64,000 nucleotides of DNA from Octopus sinensis (lineage: Eukaryota), in NCBI RefSeq assembly GCF_006345805.1, contig NC_042998.1, positions 116,312,001 through 116,376,000 on the forward strand. Reading direction: 5' to 3'. The notes below the pieces were generated by a model. It was not told the DNA's origin, made no database searches, and saw only the letters and a list, made by a program, of their open reading frames with translations. Each line of letters begins with the position of its first letter. Position 1 is the stretch's first letter. Made by a program: the position numbers and the translations under genes. Of this stretch, positions 1-14,329 are shown in pieces.

Positions 1-9
1 TTGCTTTCT

Positions 10-275
<266 letters not shown>

Positions 276-662
276 TATGGTTGTTTGTATTTTTGCGTTC
301 ATCTTTTCGAAGCCTATTTCAATATGATTTGAGGAGATAGATCCATAACTTTTGTAACTTGTACTACGCTTTCGCTAAATGATACTAAGCGAAGGATCCC
401 CACCCGTGTGCTCTTTATCCGCCCTCCCCCCAATTCAATTATCTCGTATATTTAAAGTTTCCTCCCTTGATTGCTCCTTTTCCTTCAGTTTTTAATTGAT
501 GCTGCGGTGGTCTCAGTTGGGTAATTGAAAATGTGATACCATTTATGCTTTATTTTCTCAGTTTTGCAAAGTGTATATTTTAAAATTGTATCTGTAAGTT
601 TCCCTGCCTCTCTTTCACTGGCAACACACACACACACACACGTGACTACATACATATGTGCG

Positions 663-696
<34 letters not shown>

Positions 697-3044
697 CTAG
701 TGTGTGTACATATGCATGTGCTTTTGTGAATGTGTGTTCGAGTGAGAACAGCAGTGTTTGAGCGTACATCTATGCCTCGCGTGTATTGTGCATATGAATA
801 TTTAGAAATCCCATGTTATACTTTGGATATCATTATTATAATTAACACGTCTCATTAAAAAGTGAGCTTATTTATTCTGTGGTGAATCATATTAAAGCGA
901 CTGGAAATCCAACAAAAGAAAAAAAAACATTCAATGTAAATCAGGAAAACGAAAATGAGATACAAAATGAGAAAAAAGTACTTAACCACAATAAAATAAA
1001 GGCATGTGATAATTAGTAATTAAGGCAAGAGTAAGGGCCCGCTCACTGTGACAATAACATGATGTTAGATAATGAGAGAAAACCCAGAAGAGAATAGAGA
1101 ATGTGAAAGCATGTATAGTTATAGAATAATTGAAGAATAATCACACGCGATAGAAAGTGTTGTTAAATATTAACCTGAAATTTTTTAGAGTAATTTCTTG
1201 AAAGCAATTATTCTGAGAGACGTGCACGTTTCCAACAAAGGAATCCCTAACTAGTCACGCAATATATATTATAGAGAAAGCGAAAGCTCCCTTATGTTAC
1301 CATTGCCATCCTAATAAATGACACAATCGGGCTCATATATTTTCTATTGTTTACTGTGCCTGAAGGTAGAGACATCCGGGACTAGAGAGCTTAATGAATG
1401 TAATGCTCTAATTAAACTTTTTCCCGTCAACATTTGCAGGGAAATTAGCAGCAGATGATTTTCTGTGTAAGAAAGACTAGTCATTGCGGTTAAAGTTTGC
1501 CGGTTGGAGAGGATAAATCTTGGCAACGAGTTGTGTAGAGTCTAGTCGGTCAGTGATACTTGAACAGAGGAGGCAGTAAACTAACCAACTTTGGTAAAAA
1601 CGTAACTGTTGCGGTAGCGATAAAACAAATCAAAACAACGAGAGGATACACCGTCCCATTAAGTCAGTAGCTGGTGTATGAATGTTGACGATTTAATGCA
1701 AGTCGATCGAGTGATTCCTCTCTGGAAGAGATCTAGTATATCTCTATGCATAGAAAAATTTATCAGGCAAGATGCTGATGCAATACACTTTTATGGGTTT
1801 CACCTGACGCTTGTAGCATATCAGCAACTATTGAACTTTTAAATATGTCTTCATAACATGAAGTAACACAATTATTTTTCTACGATCCAGGAACTTAGAG
1901 GAAAATTTTGTATCCTTGATAAAGAAAAATATTAGGACAATGAGACTAGTAGACACAATTTCGAGTAAAGGCATAAGAAATCGAAAATACGTAGGGGAAA
2001 CGAACAATTCCAGAAGTGGAACACAAGCATATTGTTCAAGTGTTTCCTTGGAAGAGAGTAAAAGTAAGTATCGCGTCTAAAATTCTATAGAGATTTAAAA
2101 ACGGAGCGAATATCTTCGAACAGGGAAGTTGCAATACGTATGATATACGAGTGTCAGAGAAAGAGAGACTTTTGACTTGTTTGTATGGAAATAGGTATAA
2201 AAACTGCAAGATGCCGACGGCCTACCCCTAGCTTTGTATCGCATTGTGAGGGCAGAGAGAAAGATGTTAACCCAATTGAATTAACTCACATTGTTCTACT
2301 TCTATACAGCTGTACCACACACATTTATAGATAGGGACACGCAAAGACACAGATCAACAGATGCAGTGAAATCAATGGAGGATCGCAGAAACTGCTTCAA
2401 AGTTTCTCAATTTGTAAAATCATTTGCAGACCTGAGTGTAGCGAAAGAAATCTTTTTGTCATCATAGATGAAACGTCAAGAACACTGCCCCTTCCCCCAA
2501 TCAATAGTGTTTCATAAACTTCAGATAATGGCGGGGTTGGGGATGCTGGATGGACAAGATGTGATAAACTATCAGCAGCAGAAAAAAAACAGAAAAGAAA
2601 AACGCCTTTTGTTTCCCTGAAAAAATAAAATGAACAAAAATAGAAAGCGAATAAGACTTTCTGAATTAGTTTACCACCCTCAGTCGCTAGATGAAGTTCA
2701 GAATATCCAACGTAGAACTGGTAACATATATGACAGGATTGTAGAAAGAATGAGGAAGGACAATATTTAGAATGAGAAGGCGATCTTTGAGTAAGTGAAT
2801 CATTGAAAGTTTCAAGCAACCTACCAGTCTCTGAGATTTGTATCAATGAGTAGCTCAAAGTGACCTTCAAACTTGAACCAGTGAAGTAGATTAATGGAGA
2901 GTACGTAGAATTGGAAGGTGGTCATAATCATAGAGGTACAAGATCTAGGTAAGGTATTGTTTTATCATCTTTGTGTATTGGTTATCCTAACGTATTTTAA
3001 GTTCATTTCTATCTACATATGAATTAATACGAGTGTGTGTGTGT

Positions 3045-3113
<69 letters not shown>

Positions 3114-3128
3114 ACAGTAGCAGCAGCA
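3045..3128. repeat. (AGT)n microsatellite
   Basis: Direct inspection. Confidence 0.95.
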
Positions 3129-6100
3129 GAGTCAATAGTGTATTACTAAATAAGTTATCTACTACCATACATATAATTATATATACCCACGTACCGTTTC
3201 ATTTTACATGCGTTGAATATGCATAGAAAATGAAAGCAGTAAAATTTACGAAACTATGTGTTTCTATTTAACACCAGTTCTCCACATTTTGATACTTTGT
3301 GTTGTGAATTCAAATATTTTCACGAACAATAATCTTCCAGACTTCAGTGGTTGGCATATCAGTATTTAATAGGCAATACACAGTATTGTTCAAAAAACCA
3401 ATATAGATCGTTTCATGCAACTTTGATTTTGTGACCAGGCTAAAGATATCAAGAATCCTTGAATAACTGCTATTAACTCCATACAACTCATAACTATATT
3501 TCGAAACCATGGGCTGTATGATGGCTTTGTTAATTATTCATAATAGTCTAATGCTCTATCCTTTTTGTATTTTCTTATTCTCACACACACATATATGTAT
3601 ACATATAAGCATAGAGTATGAGTCATGTTTATGCTCATTTCGGTGAAGCTTGTGGCAAAGTAAATATATATTTGCTTCTATTGCTCTAAAATATTAAATA
3701 AATAGAAATTCGTGCACAAAAGGTACAGAGAAAAAAATGTTCAACGATAACATAAGACTGAAAATATTTAACATTATGTAAAGTCTGAGGTGTTCTTTTG
3801 CAATAAAACATGAAAAGAATGCAACTATATAGATACACACAACTTTGCTATTTTTTAGTATAATAATACATTCACCAAGAAGTAATAATAACGTGATACA
3901 ATACTTCATTCTCAGAAATACATTTTAATTGTTGAACTTTTTTAGAAATATTGTTGAATCGTTGAATTATCTTCAAAATCGTAAGATGTGTAAAGTTGTA
4001 GAGTAAGGTAAATAGGAGTGTCATATTTTGAAGAATTGTATCAGACAATTATATTTCAATTAAATTAAGCTTAATGTTAACTTGTGATAACTGATACGAA
4101 CCATGTTATTTTATCGTAGAATATTGAAAAAAATAAACAACTTGAATGGAGGGAAATAACAAAAAGTAGAGAAGTAACTAAAATAACTACGGCGTGATGT
4201 ATGTGAAAGATTCTCTCCATTTCAATTTTCTAAACTTGTGCGTCATAATAATGTTTTCTTCGTGTGTTTTCTATGTGATCTGCTACGATACTATTATGAT
4301 TCTTATTGTTTCACAGTAAAAATTATTTTGGTATTTCTACACCTTAATTTTGCATTTTATAGCCTTAGAGCTAGTTGGTTCTAATTAAATAATTCAGTTT
4401 CTGCTGGAATAAAGTTACGTTCTATTATATCACTGACATCCTGAACACTCGAAACGATGACACTGTGATTCACTCTTAAGATTGAGATGAATATAATCCT
4501 CATATTCTGTTTGTGTAAATAATATTGCCAAGAGTAACGTTTAATTGTCAAGAATTACCATCACAGTGAATATTCACTTTGTTTGTTAAGAAACCTATTC
4601 GGAGGGTAAGAATTAATATAACACATGTGTCATAATCTATATAAACTCTTCCAGTACAAACAACATGAGGATTTCTGGCCTTTGGACATGTTGAAAATTT
4701 TGCAGTAGGTCTAAACGATCTCAGTAGTTACACATGCTTTATTTTATAAATCCAGGAATAATGAAAAAAGTAAAAAGAAATCATGATCACAGATAAAGCC
4801 TAATGTCGGTCTAAAACTTTGATTGTCTTAACACTTCCACTTGGTCATTGAATTCCTATGTATTAACATTGGTGTCTTATTTGTTATGGCGATTCAGAGT
4901 AGGTCTCCAGTATTAGGCTTCCTCATAAGTACATATTACTACACATTCTTTGTTGCGAGTCTATCGATTTTTCTTTTCTATCTCAGCCATTACAAATCAA
5001 ACGTGTGTTTGTTACTATATATGTTGTTAAGATGCAAACATATAGGATAAATGTATCAGCAAAGACACATATTTATTACATGAAGTCAATCGTAATTAAT
5101 ATACACTGCAATATTATATAGTTAATCGTATTTAAAATCATTACATAATAGCACAGAAGGCAAAATTGCTCATGATTATATAAAAAGAAACTTCACTTTT
5201 GATGCTTTTCTAAATTTGCCACTGTACAGGAAATATTCAGTATAAATTGCACTAATTTAAAATGTTCAATAATACTTCGATATTCCTTTCACAAAATGTC
5301 TACCTAACGCCGAACATTATTGTTTTTTTTTAGATAATCTATAAGGTGTTCAATAATATATTTTCATGTTCTATTTTATAGTTACTTTCCTAAAAGTTCG
5401 AAAGAATACTCAGTGATTTGTTGTTGCTTAATATAGTAATGTGCCATTAATATTAGTGGACGCAATAGATATTGTATCATTCACTATCACACAAAATATT
5501 CGCTTTACCGTCTAAAAGGTTCTTTACAATTAGGGAAACTATGCCCACCTCCGTTATATACTCATGTCATTCTATCTGAGACGTTGAAGTAAATTTCGCA
5601 ATGACATATTTAGCGTAATTTCTACCACTCGTTCAGTATGATATTAACACTCTCAGACTATCATCAAAGTACACTAAAATGTCTATGTAGTAATGAATTA
5701 TAATCCTGGAAACGATGTGATTGAATGGGGGAGTGCGTATGCCTATGATGTCAGTTTTCAAACTGGTAAAAGTGATTTTTTGCTGTCTGGTGATGGAGAC
5801 ATGTTTTCTTGCAATTTTGCGGTGTTGATTTCAAAGATGAAATTCATTTTGATCAATCCTAAAATTTCACGTCAACCCTTTTGTCCATTTTTCAACATCT
5901 CCGACATTATCACCATTTCAACGGATTAATTTTGCTACATCAAAAAAAGATCAATGTATGGAGTTTGACGTAACTTTGAAAGCATAGTTTTTCAATATCA
6001 TTTTAAAGTAAATATAACTATAAAAGTGAAAGCAAAAGTCATAATTTAAGTATCTTCCGTACATTAAAAGCATCCAACTTAAGTAATTATCACTATTTTC

Positions 6101-6329
6101 TATCTGAGCAGTTTTGAAGGTAATGATGATGACAGAAATATTTTTTATAGAATTAGATGTTAATAAACAAATAATTTCTGTGATCTTTGAAATCATATAT
6201 GTCTCAGGTATGCGCACGCTATGTGATTATCATTGCAAACCGTGTGAGGCATGTTTTGTTAAAACTGTAGATATTTCTTATAAAATGTGGTATTTTGAAT
6301 GTGCTCTTAATTGTATGTATGGTCATATA

Positions 6330-7315
6330 TGTCAAAGGTAACTTTGTGTCAAACCTGGTCAAAGAACTGTAGAAGAACTGCATTTTCTCACTTAATAACT
6401 TATAGCAATTCTGGAAATTCTTGCCCAAGGTGACAACTGGCTTGAATATATGTTTCATGCTTCAGAAATATGCCCAATTGTAAAACGAACGCCCCAATAT
6501 CTTCTGCTATATTTGTGGATGTTACATTTAACTTAAGCAGCGAAAAAAAATCACAGGTTTTTTAAGAAAGCTTGCCTTATTTATTGTGACATGAAACCAG
6601 GTGATGCAGACAAAGCCGGGGTACTCTATATAATTATGCAAAACATGTGGAAACACAGAGACAGTGACTGTTTCAAAGACTTATGCAGAATGTTCCCAGG
6701 TTTGTCTTGTAACAAAATGAATTTTGGTATGTTTGAAGGGCCACAGATTAGGTGGCTATTGCTAGAGACCATTTTAACGTTGAAAAAGAAGCATAGAATA
6801 CCTTTGATACAGTTGTGTCTTATTTCCTGAGAAATAGAAAGCCATCGATCTATAAAGAAATTGTGCAGGTCCTATTAATCAGCTTTGGAGTACTGGGTTG
6901 CAACATGATTGTAAAAGTACACAGTTATCTGAATTAATTGCCTGAAAATCATACAGCAAGGAGAAAGATTCCAGCACAATATCAAAATCATGGAGATTAG
7001 GTATGAAGGCAGATGAAAAACACACATGATGGCTGTTTAGTGCTGACCTCTTCAAAGGAACTGCTGCGGTGCATGTTCACTCCTTGGGTAGCTGAAACTC
7101 TAGTTTGGGAGAAATATTTTTCTAAGATGTATAATTAAACAATTTGTGTCCTATATTTGTTAAGCAATAAAAGGTACAATTTGGTTTTCGTAATATGAAA
7201 TGAATTCTTGTTTAACAAAACTTTTAGCGTGATGAAATTTTCTGTGAGCATTTCTTAACCCAACATCTCAAAGTAGGTAGGAGTAAATTTAAAAAAAGAA
7301 TACAACTAAAAATTT
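6330..7315 (+). mobile_element. Decayed Chapaev3-like (CMC superfamily) DNA transposon, transposase C-terminal half
   Basis: Frameshifted and stop-containing motifs in the expected order: CFKDLCRMFPGLS..GMFEGPQIR (ORF 6591-6830), EKEA*NTF..YKEIVQ.LL.SF..LGCNM.VKVH, QGERFQHNIKIMEIRYEGR*..HMMA. These match the GPQIR / GERFHQDI..ME.RYQGRW..MMADYCW signature. Family name is from recall. Confidence 0.75.
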
Positions 7316-9149
7316 AAAACAAGTTTTACCCAATGCACTCAATAAAAGAATAAAAGTAGCTGACATGTCATATTACTTATGGTGAAACAATTCAATAGCT
7401 GTTATTCGGAGATAAAGCTGTAGAAAAATAAATTGATGTCATCGAAGAAACTTGACTTTAGTTTCGAAATAAACATGCCAAACTTAGTAAGAATGAAGTG
7501 AAAAGTATACCCAACAAAACTTCCATTCAAAAGTGTTCCCCTAGGGTATTTGTTTGACAAATAAAAGCTGTCCACTAAATAACGAGCATTATTTTATTCG
7601 CCTCTTCTTACATGAATTTACACATTTTTCTGTCATCACCTTCACATACATAGGTATTCTGTCGCGATACAGAAATGATTAAAAATTGTCCAGTGCAATT
7701 ATAACCGTTTTTTTATGATCAGCAACTGTTTTATGGAGTCAGAGATAGGCAGACTTATAGAGGAATAACAGAAAGCTTTTGAAATATAACTCTTCATAAT
7801 AGCTACTTAGCATAAATTATTTGTTTTGCAGTAATGTAGTTATTTTCCTTTTCGACAAGAAGTTTAATTAACAGTGTTTTGTTTGTAAAATTCTTGATGT
7901 GAACTCTTGTGATTAAACATATTTTGTAGTATCTCGGGAGCATTATTCAGCCATTAATAAACACACATAACTATATTTCATTCCGGCGCCGCTTCTGCTC
8001 TTCTGATAATTTTTTCAGAGATGAAGAGCCTACATATTACAGAGTATAAGGGATTTATATTTTGTTGGCATCCCATGGTGTATCGATTATGTTACTAATT
8101 TTGACCGTTCATTGATATAACGAAAATTAATTTTTACCCTTGTAGCGTTTATCAGCACAATTATTCATAATAAAACATTATGCAATGCACCATTGCTTTC
8201 ATTCACAGGATCTATATTAATGGAGCATTGAGACAATCTATGTTATGCGCCATCCGGGAAAATATCACATAGAGCAGAAGTAAGCAGTAACATTAACTCA
8301 TTAACAAACTTGTACGAGACCCGTCGATTACAAATCACACCTCCCAAATTGAAATAAGGACTTGCTAGATATTATAAAAGTGGAAAGATAAGATGTAATG
8401 TCTTTGAGCATAGGTCAACTCAAGCAAAGTTTGGAAGGGTGCTAAAATGTTAAAAACTAAACATCAAACATTTAATACAGACACTTTCGATTCCTGTAGC
8501 TGAAGTATTATTTGTAGCTTTCCTACTATAATTGATTTAGACTTTTTTTTGTAGTAGAGAAATGTGGTTCTCTTCACAATATGTATCAATAATTCGATTA
8601 AAAGAAAGTCAAAACATAAACAATGGCATTTTTTTTTATTGAATTTGTGTTTCATTTCATGAATAAAAAGTACACTTTACAAAAATATTTCATTTTTGGT
8701 GCTATATACAGAAACATAAAAAAGTTTTTATATTCTAAAAAGAATATATTTATATTGTAGAAAAACTGAAATGGAACTAATAATATTATACAGAATTTGA
8801 TTTAAATAAAAGTTTTATGTATTTCTGAAATGTACACCTTCATTAGCAAACGATAAAATACGCAACCGCATAGATGTATATATAAGTAATTCCAGTTATG
8901 TTATATGCAGACATTCATAGTGTAAACAACTACTCTATAAACTTTGATTTGACCAATGCATTTTTTCTTGTTTCAAAAGAGAAGAAATGACGACGTGATG
9001 TTAACTATGCGGAATGCGTGGTAACTTGGAAATATTTCAATATACAATACTGTATCTAATTTTGATTGTTTCTCCCACGGTGTGACATTTACAAGGTCAT
9101 AAAATCATAAAGTCAACCGTAAGTTGGCTCGTTGGTAAATCTTAATCGC

Positions 9150-9337
9150 TAGATACTTTCCGTGTTGGTGGCCCGTAAAAGCATCCACTACACTCTCGGA
9201 GTGGTTGGCGTTAGGAAGGGCATCCAGCTGTAGAAACACTGTCAGATCAGATTGGAGCCTGGTGTAGCCATCTGGTTCGCCAGTCCTCAAGCAAATCGTC
9301 CAACCTATGCTAGCATGGAAAGCGAACATTAAACGAT
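9150..9337. mobile_element. Short retroposon (family C) ending in (GAT)n
   Basis: gtggttggcgttaggaagggcatccagctgtagaaacactg..tccaacc.atgctagcatgga..ttaaacgatgat; a close relative lies at 36060-36290. Confidence 0.7.
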
Positions 9338-11397
9338 GATATATATATATATATATGTGTGTGTTTGTGTGTGTGTGTGTGTGAGTGCTTGTGTGTGTGC
9401 ATGTGTGTATACAAGTATACACACACACACACACACGCATATATATATATATATATGTTTATATATATATATGCATATACGTGTGTATGTATCTACATGC
9501 AAACACACAGAGACACGCACATCAAACCCATATCTTTGGTTGGCCCGGGGCCATAGTAGAGGCAGCTTCGCAAGATGCCATGCAGTGTGTCTGAACACCT
9601 TGAACCATGTGTTTGGGAAGCAAGCTTCCTACCACACCGCCACACCTGCATGTACATATAACATACGTTGTTTTTTGTGTGTGTATGCAGGTGTGTATAT
9701 TCATACTTATGTATGTATATATGCATTTATGTATGTATTTAAGTATGTGTGAAAGTGTTCTTTTAATTCTTTTGAATAAATATGAATATGGCAAGTCTTT
9801 ACTTATTACCAGATTTGAAGTCAATAGCGTTACGGTTGAACTAGTTTCAAACACTTTAATATGCGCTTGAAGTATTATACAAATAACCAGCATACTCGCT
9901 TGCGATTAGTTCCCATGCTGCTTGTTTCATTTATGAATACAGAAGATTAGATTACTTTATATGCTGAAATGAAATTTTCCCTCAAAAATGTATTTAATTT
10001 CCCTGCCTGACCTGAATTTTAATTACAAATTAAGGCTTGATTAGAATTCATAAATATAACCTATGAGTGTTCACAATTACTGTATGACTTTACTTTACAA
10101 AAAATCAATTCAGAACAAAACAGATAGTAGTTGAAATTTTAATCTCCTCGTTATGGGAAAGCTAAAATACCTAAATATTACTGAACACGTCTAATATAAA
10201 CAATTCTTGACAGACTTTGGTATAGCATTATAGTTTAAGAATGTGATCAACAATAAAGGAAAAGACAAATGCAATTTAGTTTGAAATAGTTTGTTTAGAG
10301 AATTGAAAATAAATTAAACAAAGAACACTGCCAATGAGTATATGTAGCTCTTTAGTCTAAAATTAGTTCCTGTTTGGATAACATAAACATTCCCCCAAAG
10401 CAATAATTTTATGAGAATTGTAAGTGTAAAATTTTCCTCATTTTTAAATAAATCTCAAAACGAACACGTTGATGCTTTTGGTAATTATTTCTTTTCCAAA
10501 ATATATAACATATGCGAAGCAGTTAACACTAAAATAGCAAGGGAAAATGAAAAGAAATTGAATTTCTATTGCTAGCGAATGAATTTTCCCTGAGGAAATT
10601 TAAAGTTGTAAGAAAAAGTTGTTTCGCTATTTAAACATTCCTTTCTTAGCATCATGCATCTACAATCTGTAAAGTACTGTGCCTGATCAACTTAGCAATA
10701 ACAAGTCATTTGTAAAAGTGAAATACATACAGCAAACTATATGGAAATAATATTTAAATTCTAAAAATATAGCGGAAACTTGAAATAAAGTAATATAGAA
10801 ATAAGAACATTTAATAGAAAAGCCATATAATTTTTATCTAAATTACATATAGAAATACCAAAAGGGTAAACTAGTATAAGGAGGAATTCATGTGTATATC
10901 AACGTAAATCTAAAAGTATTGATGTCATGTATGTATGTATGAAAACATCTTACGGGTAACTATGTTGAATATATACGAAAAATACATTGGAATGACATCA
11001 ACATTAACGCTATGGAAAATATAAGCGACAAACCTTTTCGATATGTAAATTTATCGCTTCAGTGATAATAACTCAAAACTGAAATCTAAAAGGCATAAAA
11101 ATAATTGTAGTAATTGTAAGATCCTTAATTACAATAAAATAAATAATAAGTAATATCTAGAATCGCGAAGGAAAATGCATTTTACAAAGAAAACCTTTAC
11201 ATTGATATTTAACCAGATATCAAGAGTGGTGGATGAGACGTATAACGAAAAGTGTTACAGCTTTCAGCATGTTGTCTTTCAAGAAAATATTGTATATAAG
11301 AATGTTTGCCATTCGTTGTTTTGTTCAGCTGTTACGAGAAATATATCACAGTCTACGAAATCCTAACCTTTTCTATTTCTTTATTTCTCTCTGAGAA

Positions 11398-11453
<56 letters not shown>

Positions 11454-11625
11454 GGTGGGTGTGGGTGGGTGTGGGTGGGTGTGTGCAAGTGTATTTCTAT
11501 TTATGTAAATATGCAAAACAATATTATGTATACACTAATTATGATATATATATATGTATATGTAGCTGAAATTTATAGCAAAACAAAAGAGGAAGACAGG
11601 TGTATGAACAACGAGCAAGTGTATA

Positions 11626-14010
11626 AGTTTGACGCTCGGGCAAAAAGAAAAATCTTTTACGTTTCAAGCCATCACTCTCCAACAGAAATGAATATGAGAA
11701 AATAACCATAGAGGGAGAGTGAAAAAAAATCTTGTAGATTTCAGCGGTCCAGTATGGCGAATGAATGGAAAAAAGAGACTAAAAGAAACGGAGATAATAA
11801 AAAATAGTTTGAATCACGGGGAGTAAATAAAGTGCTAGTGATCGCAACCAGAGAAATTTCACGTGGTGTCAGCGTATATGGGAACAGTGTGTGTGTGTGA
11901 GTGTATTTGTGTGCGTGTGAATTGGGGCGAGTGACTCTGACGCGTATGGGTGTGTACGTGTGTAACGTGTGTGTATTTTTTGCTTTTTTACGTGGTGTGT
12001 GCACATGCGTGTGTATATGTGTGTGTGTGTGCACGTCTGTGTGTCTGTGACCAAACAATGTGCATGTGTATGGTGGTCGAAAGTTATCATTGCTTATGTA
12101 TGTTACGTGTGGGAGTGTGCATGATAATATGTGGCGTGTGTACTGAGTTAAATAGGGTTTGTGGCTGCTCATATAGTGGTGACGCTATTGAATATTGTGT
12201 GTGAGTGTGCGAATGATGGTGTTTCTTGTTGGTGCTGGTAAGTGCTAAGTGCCAATATGTGTGGAATGGTGTGAGGTTGGTATAAAATGAAGCGAGAAGA
12301 TGAGGTTGACGTCAAATGAAGAGAGAAGATGCAGAGAGGAGGTGAATTGAGCCCATTCAGCACAAAATATCGAAGAGAGAAGATTAATTAATGTTCACGG
12401 CGAAGGCGGGTGTCTGGATCGCCTCTCCGAACACAGACAAATGTCGTAGCGAATGACCCGTAGAGCAGAAATGGTATCATTGCAGAGTTTGATGTCTCGG
12501 AGGGGCACCAGTAATTGGTCGGTCAAGCAGCGTCCCGTTTGACCGATGTACAGGGAAGGAAAGAGAGTAAGAGTAAGAGATGCAGTAAATGACGTTACTA
12601 GAAGTGCAGGTAAAGTTGTCGGTGATGAGATAGGGACAATGATGGATGCCTGTGACGATGGTGGTGTTGGAGAGGTAGGGGTAGGTGTGAAAGCGTGGGT
12701 GTGAGCAGGGGAATGAGCTAGGCTGGTAGGTGGCGTTAGGGAAGAAAGTATGGACCAGAAGGTTACGCAGGCTATGGGCTCGTTTGAAGGAGGGAAGGGA
12801 TATATTGGGCAATATGTAGGAGGTGGAGGGGTCGGACTGGAGTATCCGGGATCTCAGAGAATAGTGCGTTTGAGGGGCAGGGAGTAAGAGTGTTATAGGT
12901 GAGGGAAAACGAGAAACGGGCCACGGCGGGGCGGTGCAAGGAGAAAGAGCGGAAGCATGTTCCTCAGATCGTGTCCTGGCAAGGGCAGGAGGGATATCCA
13001 CGTAGGATGAAGTGGCGTGCCATGAGTTGAGACTGAGTTTCAAACTCATGATTGCCACTTCAGAGCCTGCACAGACGGAGGAATTGGGAGCAAGGGATGG
13101 ATAGCTTGGTATCGGTATGGCGTAAGGAGGAGAAGTCAAGGTAGGAGTGCGAGTCAGTGTGTTTATAGTGGATGGAGGTAGTGAGAGCGGAGTGGTATAT
13201 TTTGACAGAAATGTCGAGAAATTCGACGGTAGAGTTAGAGATAATGCGGGAGAATACGAAAGACAGAAAGGAGTCTACTTCGCGTGAGTGTGAGGTCGTG
13301 CCAATACAGACACCGATATAACGGCCGTATATTTCGGGAGTGGGACCAGTGAATTGAGAGAATATTTGGGACTCAACGTAGCCAACGACCCGGTTCGCAT
13401 ACTTGGGGCCCATTACACATGCATGCGTAATTATAGATAGGGATATATTCTTTTATTCTTTTGTGCGGTTCAGCCCAAAGGCAGTGGCCATGCCTGGGAA
13501 ACAAAGTATTATCATATTTTCAATGCCCATTCTTATGTGGTTGACTAATGGTGAAGGAGGGAGTTCGATAACCTTGTCCTCTTTGGAATTTCTTGTCGTC
13601 ATGTCAGCTCACAAGGGACCTGGGCAGCAGGAGATTCCGTTTTCTTATTTTTGTCAAGTTATTTAACAGCTTTGTGCCCTTAAAATCCGAGCTATTGTAG
13701 TATATCAGCATCAGAGTAGATGAAGGTACTGGAATCTTTGGTAACGTTCAGTGACGTCCAGTTCGAGGATTGGTATAATTCTGGATGCCAAAGTTTGATG
13801 CCAACCCTCATCGCACCGAGGTATAAAATCGTAGCTTTTTTTCAGTCATATCCCGTACGTCAGCCGTTCCATTGATGCAAACTCCCTGGCGTAGTACCGC
13901 TGAACAGCATCAGATCGTGCTATAAATTTGACGCTCTGTGGGATTGACCACAGTTATGAACAGCGGAGCAGACGGCTGAAGAGAAATGTCTTCTATCGCA
14001 CCAGCATAGC
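11626..14010 (-). mobile_element. Decayed Penelope-like retroelement (RT C-terminus plus GIY-YIG endonuclease, microsatellite-rich 3' UTR)
   Basis: ORF 13060-13413: MGPKYAN..VGYVE...YGRYI...FLDISV...TSIHYKHTDSHSYLDFSS...KLSIPCSQFLRL (PLE RT). ORF 12477-13139 ends FTCTSSNVIYCIS. A frameshifted LYIGQTGRCLTD follows, then RLRREH*LIFSL...NGLN (GIY-YIG). Confidence 0.9.
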
Positions 14011-14329
14011 ATATATCTACATATTTACCGCCTTCTCTCGTTTTTCTTTTCATTTTATGGACCTGTTTCCTTTTTTAGCTTGTTGTGCCAAGTGAGCACA
14101 ATCTGAAGATCGTATCGAAGACGTTAAAATGCTGTCTGAGCTGCTTTCACTGCATGAATCTAATAGTAACTCAAAATAAATATTGTGTTTATTAAATAAT
14201 AGTTATCTCTCACCAGATGGAGTACTTTTTTGTGGATCTTACAATTAGGGAAGAATATGGTACACATATGTATTTGTAATTTATCTCTATAACTTATCTA
14301 ACATACATGTATATACATCTTCACATAAA

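Noticed and set aside
4910-4960. VLGFLISTYYYTFFVASL resembling the next GRIK exon (MGMMTEYYHYIFTTL)
   Set aside because: Wrong strand, wrong length and poor donor site.
5691-5765. 75-nt + strand AG..GT interval encoding MNYNPGNDVIEWGSAYAYDVSFQT
   Set aside because: Weak splice sites and no recognisable family; the olfactomedin-like YNP..W..YDV resemblance has the wrong spacing.
11626-11690. Hammerhead-like relic at the Penelope 3' end (CUGUUGG..GAG/CUU..GAAACGU..GCGUC, minus strand)
   Set aside because: At least two core substitutions and only about 3 bp of stem I. Consistent with a dead PLE hammerhead but not callable as a ribozyme.
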